Shown here one piece after another: positions 30,358-40,837 of a DNA stretch of 64,000 bases (its first letter is position 1; each line of letters opens with the position of its first letter). Position numbers and translations under genes: made by a program. This DNA comes from Bacteroidota bacterium. Its GTDB lineage: Bacteria > Bacteroidota > Bacteroidia > UKL13-3. Under the pieces are notes generated by a model that worked only from the letters and a program-made list of their open reading frames with translations, had not been told where the DNA came from and searched no databases. The stretch covers positions 3,689-67,688 of the forward strand of contig JANYDU010000012.1 of the NCBI GenBank assembly GCA_025359805.1, written 5' to 3'.

Positions 30358-32523
30358 TTATGCTTGAGCTTCTGGAGCTGGGTTAGAAACCTCTTCTTTT
30401 ACTGGAGTTTCAGGTTTTGGCAATAGTGCCTTGCGAGACAATTTATATTTGCCTGTTTTTTTATCAATTTCTAATAACTTCACTTTTATTTGCTCACCAG
30501 ATTGAAGTACACCTTCCATATTTGGTAAACGTTTCCATGAAATTTCGGAGATATGAAGCAGACCTTCTTTGCCAGGCATAAACTCAACAAACGCACCGAA
30601 GTCGGTAATGTTTTTTACTTTGCCATCATACACATCGCCAACAACAGGAACCGAAACAATTCCTTTAATAATAGTCATTGCTTTGTTTAGTGATTCGGCA
30701 TTATTTGATGCGACTTCAACTACACCTGTATTACCAACTTCAGTTATTGAAATTGTTGCACCAGTATCTTTTTGAATTCCCTGAATAACTTTACCACCAG
30801 GCCCGATTACCGCACCAATAAAATCTTTATCAATAATTAATGTTTCAATACGAGGGGCGTGTGGTTTATAATCATCTGCTGGTTTAGAAATGGTTTTATT
30901 CATTTCGCTCATAATATGCAAACGTCCTGCTTTAGCTTGTTTTAAGGCTTCTTCTACCATTTCCCATTTTAATCCATTGATTTTAATATCCATTTGACAA
31001 GCCACAATACCTTTGCTTGTTCCAACCACTTTAAAATCCATATCACCCAAGTGATCTTCATCACCCAAAATATCTGATAACACCGCGTATTTTCCTGTTT
31101 TATCATCAGAAATTAATCCCATTGCAATTCCACTTACAGCATCTTTTACTTTAATACCTGCATCCATTAATGCAAGTGAGCCAGCACAAACTGTTGCCAT
31201 TGATGAAGAACCATTTGATTCTAAAATATCAGATACGATTCTGATGGTATAAGGATTTTCTTGCATTCCCGGTAATACACTTTTTAAACCGCGTAATGCT
31301 AAATTCCCGTGACCAATTTCTCTACGTCCAGGACCACGATTTGGTTTTACTTCACCTGTTGAAAATGAAGGAAAGTTATAATGAAGTAAGAATTTTGAAT
31401 ACCCTTCATTCATTGGGCTATCAAGCATTTGTTCATCTAATTTTGTCCCTAAAGTTACTGTTGTTAATGCTTGCGTTTCGCCACGTGTAAATACTGCCGA
31501 ACCGTGTGCTCCAGGTAAATAACTCACCTCACTCCAAATTGGGCGAACCTGATCTAATTTACGACCATCCAAACGAGTACGATCATTAATAATCATAGCA
31601 CGAACGGCATTGTATTCTACATCATGGAAATATTTGTTTGATAAAAATTTATCTAAAACTGTTCCTTCGGGTAAGGTAGCTTTAAACTCTTCGCGAATGG
31701 TTTTGAATGCTGCTGAACGTTCGGATTTTCCTAAAGATGAGCTAGCCACTTTATAGGCTTTATCATATGCAAAAGCATGAATTTGTTTTTCTAATTCTTC
31801 ATCACTACGCTCGTGATTGTATACACGTGTAGGCTTACGTCCGCCAAGCATTTCACACAATTCCCACTGTGCTTTGCATTGTTGTTTAATGGCATCGTGA
31901 GCTACTTTTAATGCAGCAATCATATCTTCTTCAGATATTTCGTCCATTTCACCTTCCACCATATTCAAATCATGCTCTGTTCCTGCAACGATTAAATCAA
32001 TATCAGCGTGTTCCATATCACTAATAAATGGATTGATTTTGAACGCTCCATTAATACGTGCAATACGCACTTCAGAAATTGGACCGTTAAAGGGAATATC
32101 ACTCATCATTAATGCTGATGACGCAGCTAAGCCAACCAAGCAATCAGGCATTAAATTTTTATCAGCCGAAATTAACGTTAATGCAACTTGTGTATCGGCA
32201 TGAAAATCTTCAGCAAATAGCGGTCTGATGGCACGATCCACAATTCTGCTTACTAAAATTTCGTAATCAGATAATCTGGCTTCACGTTTATGAAAACTGC
32301 CTGGAATGCGACCAACAGCAGCAAATTTTTCTTGATAATCAACTGTGAGCGGCATAAAATCCACATCTTCTTTTGCTTCTTTTGAAGCTACGGCTGTTGC
32401 CAAAATCATGGTATCACCCATACGGACTACTACAGATCCATCAGCTTGTTTTGCTAATTTTCCTGTTTCAATGCTGATGGTTCTCCCATCTGGTAAACTA
32501 AATGTTTTTACTGTTCCTTGCAT
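30358..32523 (-). CDS. pnp: Polyribonucleotide nucleotidyltransferase
   Basis: [38 protein letters not shown] and S1 domains. Confidence 0.98.
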   Translation of the reverse strand: MQGTVKTFSLPDGRTISIETGKLAKQADGSVVVRMGDTMILATAVASKEAKEDVDFMPLTVDYQEKFAAVGRIPGSFHKREARLSDYEILVSRIVDRAIRPLFAEDFHADTQVALTLISADKNLMPDCLVGLAASSALMMSDIPFNGPISEVRIARINGAFKINPFISDMEHADIDLIVAGTEHDLNMVEGEMDEISEEDMIAALKVAHDAIKQQCKAQWELCEMLGGRKPTRVYNHERSDEELEKQIHAFAYDKAYKVASSSLGKSERSAAFKTIREEFKATLPEGTVLDKFLSNKYFHDVEYNAVRAMIINDRTRLDGRKLDQVRPIWSEVSYLPGAHGSAVFTRGETQALTTVTLGTKLDEQMLDSPMNEGYSKFLLHYNFPSFSTGEVKPNRGPGRREIGHGNLALRGLKSVLPGMQENPYTIRIVSDILESNGSSSMATVCAGSLALMDAGIKVKDAVSGIAMGLISDDKTGKYAVLSDILGDEDHLGDMDFKVVGTSKGIVACQMDIKINGLKWEMVEEALKQAKAGRLHIMSEMNKTISKPADDYKPHAPRIETLIIDKDFIGAVIGPGGKVIQGIQKDTGATISITEVGNTGVVEVASNNAESLNKAMTIIKGIVSVPVVGDVYDGKVKNITDFGAFVEFMPGKEGLLHISEISWKRLPNMEGVLQSGEQIKVKLLEIDKKTGKYKLSRKALLPKPETPVKEEVSNPAPEAQA

Positions 32524-32550
32524 AACTAAATTGCCTCTTTTTTAAATGAT

Positions 32551-32579
32551 AAAAGCAGAGCACCATGCCCTGCTTTTTT
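32551..32579 (-). terminator. Terminator-like hairpin between rpsO and pnp
   Basis: Minus strand GCAGGGCA-tgg-TGCTCTGC-TTTT. Confidence 0.65.
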
Positions 32580-32629
32580 ATTATTAATGTATTGAAATTG
32601 CTTGCGCAATGATGTGTTTCAATTGCATC

Positions 32630-32905
32630 TTATTTTCTGATCTCAAGTTCTTTGATGATCGCTCTGTAACGGAAAATGTCGTTTTTAATAAGATAATCTA
32701 ATAACGAACGTCTTTTTCCTACTAATTTTACCAGACTTAATTCTGCTGAAAAATCTTTTTTGTTTATTTTCAAATGTTCTGAGATGTGGTTGATGCGATG
32801 TGTGAACAAAGCAATCTGACTCTCAGCTGAACCCGTGTCTGTTGCAGACTTGGCTTTACCGTACTTTTCGAAGACTTCTTGTTTCCTCTCTGTGGTCAAA
32901 TACAT
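32630..32905 (-). CDS. rpsO: 30S ribosomal protein S15
   Basis: DTGSAESQIA, HL..NKKD, LVGKRR.LL.YL; upstream of pnp. Confidence 0.98.
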   Translation of the reverse strand: MYLTTERKQEVFEKYGKAKSATDTGSAESQIALFTHRINHISEHLKINKKDFSAELSLVKLVGKRRSLLDYLIKNDIFRYRAIIKELEIRK

Positions 32906-32978
32906 GTGTTTAAAATTTAATGGTTTAAAATAAATAAATGGGCTGCGAATATAGACAAAAGTATGATGCAGCCAAATT

Positions 32979-33857
32979 TTAGTTTGTTTCTGAAACTTCT
33001 TTCAACCTCGACTTCTTGGCAAATAAGTGCAATAAAACACTTAGCTTTTCTTTTAGTTGCGGGCGAGGAACAATCATGTCAACAAAGCCATGTTCTAATA
33101 AAAACTCAGAACTTTGAAATCCTTTTGGTAAATCTTTTCCAATGGTTTCGCGAATTACACGAGGGCCTGCAAACCCAATTAATGCTTCAGGTTCGGCAAT
33201 GTTTAAATCTCCTAACATGGCAAATGAAGCCGTGACTCCACCAGTTGTTGGATCTGTTAATAATGAAATATAAGGAATACCTTCTTTACCAAGCAAGGCC
33301 AATTTTGCTGATGTTTTTGCCATTTGCATTAATGAAAATGCAGCTTCCATCATACGTGCTCCACCCGATTTAGAGATAATCATCATAGGGATTTTATTCT
33401 CACGAGCGTAATCAATTGCTCTCGATATTTTTTCTCCAACAACCGAACCCATTGAACCTCCAATAAAATTAAAATCCATACAAGCTACAACCAAGGGCAT
33501 GGTATCAACAACACCAACACCAACACGCAATGCATCAGTTAAGTTTGTTTTGTTGATAGTATCTTCTAACCGAGATTTATAATCTTTGGTGTCTTTAAAA
33601 TTTAAAGGATCGGTAGGTTTTATATTGGCAAATAATTCTTCAAATTTTCCATCATCAAATAAAATGCTGAAATATTCTTTTGATCCAATCTTATCATGAT
33701 AATTACAACTTGGGCAAACAAACTGATTGGCCTCGTGATCTACAGTGGTAGTAGCTTTTTTACAACGAGGACATTTATGCCACAACCCATCAGGTACCGA
33801 TTTTTTATCTTCGGTAGATGTTGTAATTCCTTCTTTTACTCGTTTAAACCAACTCAT
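32979..33857 (-). CDS. accD: Acetyl-CoA carboxylase carboxyltransferase beta subunit
   Basis: LWHKCPRC...CPSC zinc finger, [35 protein letters not shown]. Confidence 0.97.
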   Translation of the reverse strand: MSWFKRVKEGITTSTEDKKSVPDGLWHKCPRCKKATTTVDHEANQFVCPSCNYHDKIGSKEYFSILFDDGKFEELFANIKPTDPLNFKDTKDYKSRLEDTINKTNLTDALRVGVGVVDTMPLVVACMDFNFIGGSMGSVVGEKISRAIDYARENKIPMMIISKSGGARMMEAAFSLMQMAKTSAKLALLGKEGIPYISLLTDPTTGGVTASFAMLGDLNIAEPEALIGFAGPRVIRETIGKDLPKGFQSSEFLLEHGFVDMIVPRPQLKEKLSVLLHLFAKKSRLKEVSETN

Positions 33858-33928
33858 TTTTTAGTGCTTAGTTATCAGTACATCAGTGCTCGATTATAAA
33901 TCGTAATGATCACCGTGACTAAATATGT

Positions 33929-34981
33929 TTATGCTAAAGTAATGGATTTATCCAAATACACATCTTGTATTGCATTTAATAAAGCAATACCATCTTTCAT
34001 TGGCTTTTGGAATGCCTTACGGCCAGATATTAAACCTTGTCCACCAGCGCGTTTATTAACTACGGCAGTATAAACAGCTTCTGCCATATCACTCGCTCCT
34101 TTGCTTTCTCCACCAGAGTTAATTAACCCTTGACGCCCCATGTAGCAATTTGCAACTTGGTAACGCGTAAGGTCAATTGGATGATTTGATGAAAGTTCGG
34201 TATAAACTTTATCATGTGTTTTACCAAAATTTAAAGCAGTATAACCACCATTAGTATTTGGTAATTTTTGTTTGATAATATCAGCTTGAATTGTTACTCC
34301 TAAATGATTTGCCTGACCCGTTAAATCGGCAGCAGTGCTATAATCAACACCATCTTTTTTAAATGCATTATTGCGAAGATAGCACCATAAAATAGTAGCC
34401 ATTCCAAGTTCGTGAGCTCTTTCAAATGCGGCAGCCACTTCTTGTATTTGACGAGCAGATTCATCAGAACCAAAATAGATAGTTGCTCCAACTGCGGTTG
34501 CTCCTAAATTCCAAGCCTCATCAACAGAACCAAACATAATTTGGTCGAATTTATTTGGGTATGATAAAAATTCGTTGTGATTTATTTTTACAATGAAAGG
34601 AATTTTGTGGGCGTATTTACGTGAGCAAGCAGCGAGCACTCCATAAGTTGAAGCTACTGCATTACAGCCTCCTTCGATGGCTAACTTGATAATATTTTCA
34701 GGGTCGAAATAAGCAGGATTTGGAGCAAATGAAGCACCAGCAGAATGTTCAATTCCTTGATCAACCGGAAGTATAGAAACATAACCTGTTCCTCCTAAAC
34801 GACCATGGTCATACAAATCTGAAAGACTTCTTAATACTTGTGGATTACGATTTGATTGAAGAAAAATTCTATTCACAAAATCTGGTCCGGGTGTATGTAT
34901 AATATCTTTTGAAATGGTTTTACACTCGTGCTTTAATAAGCTGTCGGCTTTGTCGCCTAATAATTCAACTGTTTTGCTCAT
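33929..34981 (-). CDS. fbaB: Class I fructose-bisphosphate aldolase
   Basis: [42 protein letters not shown]. Confidence 0.96.
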   Translation of the reverse strand: MSKTVELLGDKADSLLKHECKTISKDIIHTPGPDFVNRIFLQSNRNPQVLRSLSDLYDHGRLGGTGYVSILPVDQGIEHSAGASFAPNPAYFDPENIIKLAIEGGCNAVASTYGVLAACSRKYAHKIPFIVKINHNEFLSYPNKFDQIMFGSVDEAWNLGATAVGATIYFGSDESARQIQEVAAAFERAHELGMATILWCYLRNNAFKKDGVDYSTAADLTGQANHLGVTIQADIIKQKLPNTNGGYTALNFGKTHDKVYTELSSNHPIDLTRYQVANCYMGRQGLINSGGESKGASDMAEAVYTAVVNKRAGGQGLISGRKAFQKPMKDGIALLNAIQDVYLDKSITLA

Positions 34982-35032
34982 TGCATTTTAAAATTAAGTT
35001 TGCAAACATAAGTATTTTTTTGAAACGTGAAT

Positions 35033-35464
35033 ATGATTGCTGTAAAACCTATACAAACCCAAGCAGAGCTTGATGAAGCGCACCACATTCGTAAAGAAGT
35101 TTTTGTAAACGAACAACATTGCCCCGAAGAAATTGAATGGGAGTTTGAGGAAGAATCTCATCATTTTATTGCTATGATTGATAATAAATATGCGGGAACT
35201 GCTCGTTGGAGAGAAACCCAAAAAGGAATTAAGTTGGAGCGGTTTGCAGTATTAAAAAAGTTTAGGGAAAAAGATGTAGGCTCGGCATTATTAAAAGGTA
35301 TTTTAAATGAGGTGCCTAAAGATGGAAGAAAGATTTATTTACATGCTCAACTTTCGGCAAAAGAATTTTATTTAAAATACGGGTTTAAAGTTGAAGGAGA
35401 ACACTTTTGGGAAGCAGATATTGAACACGTGAAAATGGTTTTCGACACAGAGTCACAGGGTTAA
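35033..35464 (+). CDS. GNAT N-acetyltransferase (ElaA/YjcF-like)
   Basis: IRKEVFV.EQ, GTARW, ERFAVL, LHAQ, FY.K.GF, EADIEH. Confidence 0.9.
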   Translation: MIAVKPIQTQAELDEAHHIRKEVFVNEQHCPEEIEWEFEEESHHFIAMIDNKYAGTARWRETQKGIKLERFAVLKKFREKDVGSALLKGILNEVPKDGRKIYLHAQLSAKEFYLKYGFKVEGEHFWEADIEHVKMVFDTESQG

Positions 35465-35502
35465 ATTTTTGAAGCGAGTTACACAGAAGTATGCTCTCTG
35501 TG

Positions 35503-36180
35503 TTAAAAAAAACTTTCTCCTTTTAAGTATTTTGTTTTAAGCAACGGACAAATTTTATATCGCTCATCATGTGTATCGTTGTATATTGCTTCGAGCGTTT
35601 CATGCACATGTTTTACTCCAATTTTATTAGCCCATTCAAACGGACCAAACGGATAATTTGTGCCAAGCTTCATACTTGTATCAATATCTTCCAAACTTGC
35701 CGTTCCTTCCTGAACCGTATAACACGCTTCATTAATAATCATAAAAATAATACGTGGAGTAATCATGCCAACCCTATCTTCAACTAATTTATACTTCCAA
35801 TTTAGTTGTTTCATTAGCGCATCTAATTTTTGTTTATCAGCATTATTATTTAAAGAGATTTCAGCCAAATCTCTATTGATAAATGTGGGTAAACAATTCA
35901 TTCCAATAATCCAACAATTTATTTGCTTTCCATAATCGTAAACTGCTTTTGCAAGTTGAGTTTTTGCACACGAAACAATTACAGGAATTGTTAATCCTGC
36001 ATAAAAATTTAATTGGTTTGGATGTTCGTCAAAAGCCAAATCGATAATTAAATCATATTCCATTAAATTGGCTGACGATAAATCTGTATCATCCATAATT
36101 TTTAAATCACATACCACCGATGAAAGTTTTAATTTCAATTCCTCTGTACGTATTTTTTCTCCTCGTGCCAGTATTTTCAT
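35503..36180 (-). CDS. 3-hydroxyacyl-CoA dehydrogenase C-terminal-domain protein
   Basis: D..G...R...MIINEA, DID.SMKLGTNYP.GPFEW...IG; N-terminus lacks GxGxxG. Confidence 0.82.
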   Translation of the reverse strand: MKILARGEKIRTEELKLKLSSVVCDLKIMDDTDLSSANLMEYDLIIDLAFDEHPNQLNFYAGLTIPVIVSCAKTQLAKAVYDYGKQINCWIIGMNCLPTFINRDLAEISLNNNADKQKLDALMKQLNWKYKLVEDRVGMITPRIIFMIINEACYTVQEGTASLEDIDTSMKLGTNYPFGPFEWANKIGVKHVHETLEAIYNDTHDERYKICPLLKTKYLKGESFF

Positions 36181-36224
36181 TTTCTCAAACTAAATTTGAA
36201 AACAAAAGTACAAACTCAAACACT

Positions 36225-36605
36225 ATGGAAAAGAAAATAATTACAAGTGCTAATGCACCTGCTCCAATTGGGCCATACAGCCATGCTAATTTAATTGGAA
36301 ATACATTATACGTTTCGGGTCAAGTGGCAAAGGATGCACAAACCGGAGAGATGATTCAATCGGATATAAAAGCTGAAACAAGAAAAGTGATGGAGAATGT
36401 GCAAGCCATTTTAAAGGAAGCGGGAATGGATTTAACACATGTAGTTAAGACCACTATTTTTTGCACTGATCTTGGAGATTTTGCAGCTATTAATGAAATA
36501 TATGGTTCTTTCTTTTCAGGGAATTACCCTGCTCGTGAAACGGTACAAGTGGTAAAACTTCCGCTAAATGCAAACGTGGAGATTTCTGTGGTGGCGGTGA
36601 AGTAA
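36225..36605 (+). CDS. ridA: RidA/YjgF family enamine-imine deaminase
   Basis: APAPIGPYS, YVSGQ, VKTTIF, YPARETV, VEIS; ATG 36225 follows TAAATTTG at 36191-36198. Confidence 0.93.
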   Translation: MEKKIITSANAPAPIGPYSHANLIGNTLYVSGQVAKDAQTGEMIQSDIKAETRKVMENVQAILKEAGMDLTHVVKTTIFCTDLGDFAAINEIYGSFFSGNYPARETVQVVKLPLNANVEISVVAVK

Positions 36606-36666
36606 TTTGGTTGAAGAATGGATTTTGATAAACTGGTTTTAGTGTAGCAAAAGTTATATTTGAATA

Positions 36667-36798
36667 ATGAAAAAGAAATACTCAAAAGATAAGCTCCCAG
36701 ATAAACCATTAAAAACCAACACAACATTTAATGAGGACTTGCTTGCATCTATCGGGAAATTTAAATCTAAAAAGAAGGTGGTAAATAAGGTTAATTGA
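36667..36798 (+). CDS. Small Lys-rich hypothetical protein (43 aa, below the ORF-track cutoff)
   Basis: MKKKYSKDKLPDKPLKTNTTFNEDLLASIGKFKSKKKVVNKVN*; TATATTTG -7 motif at 36655-36662. Confidence 0.45.
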   Translation: MKKKYSKDKLPDKPLKTNTTFNEDLLASIGKFKSKKKVVNKVN

Positions 36799-36873
36799 GG
36801 TAGATTATTTCTTTTGAGTAAACTTGATGGAATATATTCAATACTATTAATTTATTACCTTGCATGAGTTATT

Positions 36874-37176
36874 ATGTCTGTTGTAAAAAACCCTGTATTT
36901 AATAAACGTATATTTTGGGACATCTATTTTGATGCTTTGGATTATGATGCTAAAGCAAATTTTATAATAGAGCGTGTGTTTGAAAGAGGAGATGTAGATG
37001 ATGTTCGGCAATGCAGAAGATATTATGGAGATGAGAGAATTCGTGAAGCACTTACCCAAGCAAAATGGCTTTCTTTACCAACCATATATTTGGCATGTGC
37101 CATATTAAATAATGAATTAACGGATTACAAATGCTACATCACGGCACAGTCGAACCCACAACCTTTTCGTTATTAA
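36874..37176 (+). CDS. DUF6922-like putative antitoxin
   Basis: IFWD, FIIERVFERG..DD...RYYG; upstream of and overlapping the AbiEii gene. Confidence 0.8.
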   Translation: MSVVKNPVFNKRIFWDIYFDALDYDAKANFIIERVFERGDVDDVRQCRRYYGDERIREALTQAKWLSLPTIYLACAILNNELTDYKCYITAQSNPQPFRY

Positions 37177-37757
37177 AAAAACTAATGGTACTTCCTGAAT
37201 TAAACAATTTTAGTTTAGTTGGCGGTACTTGCTTAGCATTAAAATATGGACATCGTTTATCGGTTGACCTTGATTTTTTTTCTACAATTGATTTCGATAA
37301 TCAAAGTCTTATCCAAACGTTAGAAAGCAATTTCCCAGATTTTATTTATAAAAATGTTCCTCAGGCAATAGGTGTATTTGGTTTTATAGGTGATATAAAA
37401 ATAGACTTTGTAAAGCACCACCATTTTAAACTTATTGAAGAGCCTATTATTGAAGACGGTATTCGTATGTTTGGAGACAAGGATATAATGGCTATGAAAA
37501 TATTTGCCATTATTCAACGTGCTCAAAAAAAAGATTTTTGGGATGTTGCAGAACTCTTAAAAAAGTACACTATTGAAGATTTTATTAAAGCCTATGACGA
37601 AAAATACCCAAGTAATCAAATGTTAATTTCCATCCCATTTGCATTAACTTATTTTGAAGATGCCGATAAAAGCGAAAACCCAATAAGCCTAAAAGGACAA
37701 ACATGGGAAAGTGTAAAAAATACAATTCAGCAACAAGTGAATGAATATTTGAAATAG
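37131..37757 (+). CDS. AbiEii/AbiGii nucleotidyltransferase toxin
   Basis: LVGGT.LAL..GHRLSVDLDFF, AMK..AI..R..KKDFWD, LTYFEDA. Confidence 0.92.
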   Translation: MLHHGTVEPTTFSLLKKLMVLPELNNFSLVGGTCLALKYGHRLSVDLDFFSTIDFDNQSLIQTLESNFPDFIYKNVPQAIGVFGFIGDIKIDFVKHHHFKLIEEPIIEDGIRMFGDKDIMAMKIFAIIQRAQKKDFWDVAELLKKYTIEDFIKAYDEKYPSNQMLISIPFALTYFEDADKSENPISLKGQTWESVKNTIQQQVNEYLK

Positions 37758-37776
37758 AGTTAATTTTTTTTTGAGT

Positions 37777-39894
37777 TTACCTCTTCACCTTCAACACCTC
37801 AAAAATAAAATTGTATTCAAACGCAACTTCTTTGAGTGCACCAAATCTTCCTGATGCTCCTCCATGCCCGGCTTCCATATTGGTTTTAAAAATAAGAATA
37901 TTGCTATCTGTTTTTAGTGTGCGTAATTTAGCAACCCATTTTGCAGGTTCCCAATATTGCACTTGTGAATCGTGCAAGCCAGACGTAACCAACATATTTG
38001 GATAGGCTTGTGCTTTTACATTATCATAAGGCGAGTATGATAACATATAATCATAATAGATTTTATCATTTGGATTTCCCCACTCATCATACTCATAAGT
38101 GGTAAGTGGAATGCTACTATCCATCATAGTAGTAATTACATCAACAAAAGGAACATCGGCAACAATTATTTTATATAAATCAGGGCGCATATTGCTAATG
38201 GCACCCATTAATAAGCCTCCTGCACTTCCTCCTGATGCAACCAGTTTTTCAGATGAAGTATATTTTTCGTTGATCAAAAATTCAGAGCAAGCAATAAAAT
38301 CAGTGAAGGTATTTTTCTTTTTTAGGAGCTTTCCATCTTCGTACCAAAAACGCCCCATTTCTTGTCCGCCACGTATATGGCAAATGGCAAATACAAATCC
38401 TCTATCTAATAAGCTTAATCGGGCCGAACTAAAATACGCATCCATTGAATTTCCATAAGAGCCATAAGCATATTGATATAATGGATGTGTTCCATCTTTT
38501 TTAAATCCTTTTTTGTATACCAGTGAAACAGGAATTTTTACTCCATCTTTTGCCGTTGCATATACACGTTCACTCACATAATTATTTTTATCAAACGTTC
38601 CTAAAACCTCCTGCTGTTTGAGCAATGTATTTTGTTTGGTTTGCATGTTGTAATCGAACGTGCTTGTAGGTGTGGTGAGTGATGAATAACGATAACGAAT
38701 AATATCTGTTTCGTACTCCGGATTATAAGTTAACGAAGCAGAATAAGTAGGTTCGCCAAAGTCAACATAGTGTTCTTTTTTATCGGATGTATGAATTACG
38801 CGAATGCGCAACAACCCTTCTTTGCGTTCTTCAATCACAGTATAGCTAGAAAAAATATCCATGCCCTCCAGCAATACATCATCACGATGAGCGATAACTT
38901 CTATCCAATTATTTTTATTGCTATTGGCAGCAGTTTCAGTTTGCATCAATCTAAAATTTCTTGCTTTCCAATTGGTGATGATAAAAAATGTTTTTCCGTT
39001 ATGAGAAATGGAATATTCGTGGTCTTTTTCACGAGGAAGAAAGGAAAAAAACTTTCCACTTGGCTTATCTGCATCTAATAAAAATACTTCGCTGCTTAGT
39101 GTGCTATTCGCATCAATTTCAATATATTTTTTTGATTTTGTTTTTCCGATTGATACCGAAAACTCTTCATCTTTTTCTTCAAAAACCAATACATCTTTTT
39201 TGGGTGAAGTGCCTAAAATATGTCGATACACTTTTTGTTCCTGCAAGGTTTCGGTATCTTTATGAACATAAAAAACAGTTTCATTATCATTAGCCCATAT
39301 TACCTCTCCTGTGGTATTTTCAATTACCTCATCATATAACTTTCCAGTTTGTAAATTCTTAAATCGGATCTGGTATAAACGTCTGCTTACGGTATCTTCA
39401 CTATATGCCATTAATGTATTATCAGGGCTTATTTCTATGCTTGTTAAATCGTAATACGAGTGTGTTTTTGCCTGTTCATTTTCATCAATCAAAATTTCTT
39501 CAGCACTGTTTAAATCTTTCAGTTTTCGGCAATTAATCGCGTAATCTTTTCCTTCTGTGTATCGCACATAATAAAAATATCCATTGTCTTTATATGGAAC
39601 AGATTCATCTGTTTCTTTCACTCGTGATTTGAGTTCGTTGAACAATGCTTCTTGATCACTTTTTGTATGTTCAAGCAATGCTTCTGCGTAAGTATTTTCG
39701 GCATTTAGGTAGGCTATCACTTCAGGATTTTCTCGTTCTTTTAGCCAAAAATAATTATCAATACGTGTGCTTCCATGTTCTTTAAAAGTGTGTGGTTTAA
39801 TTGCGGCAACGGGTGTTTTAATTTCTTTCATATTTTTTTGACAAGCCACCAAACTTATTGTGGCGATAAATAAAAGTGATGAATAGCCTTTCAT
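37777..39894 (-). CDS. ptrB: Oligopeptidase B (S9A), predicted lipoprotein
   Basis: DNYFWL, HIRGG.E.GR.WY, GGSAGGLL, YDEWGNP, D.QVQYWEP.KW, GHGG; lipobox LVAC from ATG 39894. Confidence 0.93.
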   Translation of the reverse strand: MKGYSSLLFIATISLVACQKNMKEIKTPVAAIKPHTFKEHGSTRIDNYFWLKERENPEVIAYLNAENTYAEALLEHTKSDQEALFNELKSRVKETDESVPYKDNGYFYYVRYTEGKDYAINCRKLKDLNSAEEILIDENEQAKTHSYYDLTSIEISPDNTLMAYSEDTVSRRLYQIRFKNLQTGKLYDEVIENTTGEVIWANDNETVFYVHKDTETLQEQKVYRHILGTSPKKDVLVFEEKDEEFSVSIGKTKSKKYIEIDANSTLSSEVFLLDADKPSGKFFSFLPREKDHEYSISHNGKTFFIITNWKARNFRLMQTETAANSNKNNWIEVIAHRDDVLLEGMDIFSSYTVIEERKEGLLRIRVIHTSDKKEHYVDFGEPTYSASLTYNPEYETDIIRYRYSSLTTPTSTFDYNMQTKQNTLLKQQEVLGTFDKNNYVSERVYATAKDGVKIPVSLVYKKGFKKDGTHPLYQYAYGSYGNSMDAYFSSARLSLLDRGFVFAICHIRGGQEMGRFWYEDGKLLKKKNTFTDFIACSEFLINEKYTSSEKLVASGGSAGGLLMGAISNMRPDLYKIIVADVPFVDVITTMMDSSIPLTTYEYDEWGNPNDKIYYDYMLSYSPYDNVKAQAYPNMLVTSGLHDSQVQYWEPAKWVAKLRTLKTDSNILIFKTNMEAGHGGASGRFGALKEVAFEYNFIFEVLKVKR

Positions 39895-39949
39895 AGCTTC
39901 TGTAATTTCAAACAAAGATGTTTAATAGTTTGAATATTCAGCATACACT

Positions 39950-40837
39950 TTAAATTGGAGTTACTTTTTTACTTACCAAATAAACCCCTAAAAAGATGAT
40001 GATGATAAAAATAATTTTTTCCAAATTGAGTTCATCTTTACCCGAAAAAATAGCAATGAATGTAGCCAATACCGGTTGTAAATAAATATATGAACCGACT
40101 AATGAAGGAGAAGCGTGGCGGAGTGCATAAGCATTTAATACATAAGTTAAAAAAGTAGATCCTATTGTTACAAAAGCAATGTAAATCCAAATTTTAAAGG
40201 GAATTGATTTCCATATAATTTCAGAAAATTCGCTCCATGCAAATGGTACAACCAAAATAGCTCCTATTAAAAAACAATACAGTGTAATAGTTAGCGGATG
40301 ATATTTTTGAGTAAGGGGTTTTGCATACACTAAATAGAAAGCGTAAATAATTGCATTTAACGTTACAAAAATATCTCCTAATGCGGTTTGTGAGTTAAAC
40401 GAAAAACGTGTTCCCGTCATTAATAAAACGGCACCAATAGCAGCTATCAAAATGCCTATTATTTTTAGAATGGCTAATTTCTCTTTTAGCAAAATAGCTG
40501 CAAATACCACAACAAAAATTGGCGTATTCATCATCAACACAGAAGCGTTTATTGGAACGGTTAATGATAATCCTTTAAAAAATAAAAGCATATTAGCCAC
40601 CACTCCAAACACAGCGCAAATAAGCAATTTTTTATAATCCGTTTTATCCGTAATTTTTTCGTTGATGATGGAACGATGAAAAATAAAAATAAAAACTACG
40701 GCTACCCAAATACGCAACATAATAAACGCGAATGGTTTAATATACAAAGGCATCACTTCTTTAGCTATGGTGAATGTTGCACCGTATATGAGTGAAACAA
40801 TAAATAAAGCGAAATGAACTTTTAGGGTTTTGTTCAT
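39950..40837 (-). CDS. DMT/EamA family transporter
   Basis: About 10 TM segments in two repeats; GD..V.LNA, YIYLQP. Confidence 0.9.
   Translation of the reverse strand: MNKTLKVHFALFIVSLIYGATFTIAKEVMPLYIKPFAFIMLRIWVAVVFIFIFHRSIINEKITDKTDYKKLLICAVFGVVANMLLFFKGLSLTVPINASVLMMNTPIFVVVFAAILLKEKLAILKIIGILIAAIGAVLLMTGTRFSFNSQTALGDIFVTLNAIIYAFYLVYAKPLTQKYHPLTITLYCFLIGAILVVPFAWSEFSEIIWKSIPFKIWIYIAFVTIGSTFLTYVLNAYALRHASPSLVGSYIYLQPVLATFIAIFSGKDELNLEKIIFIIIIFLGVYLVSKKVTPI

Noticed and set aside
36120..36224. Apparent signal-peptide extension on RidA
   Set aside because: Overlaps the divergent gene start; a -7 motif at 36191-36198 and family length support ATG 36225.
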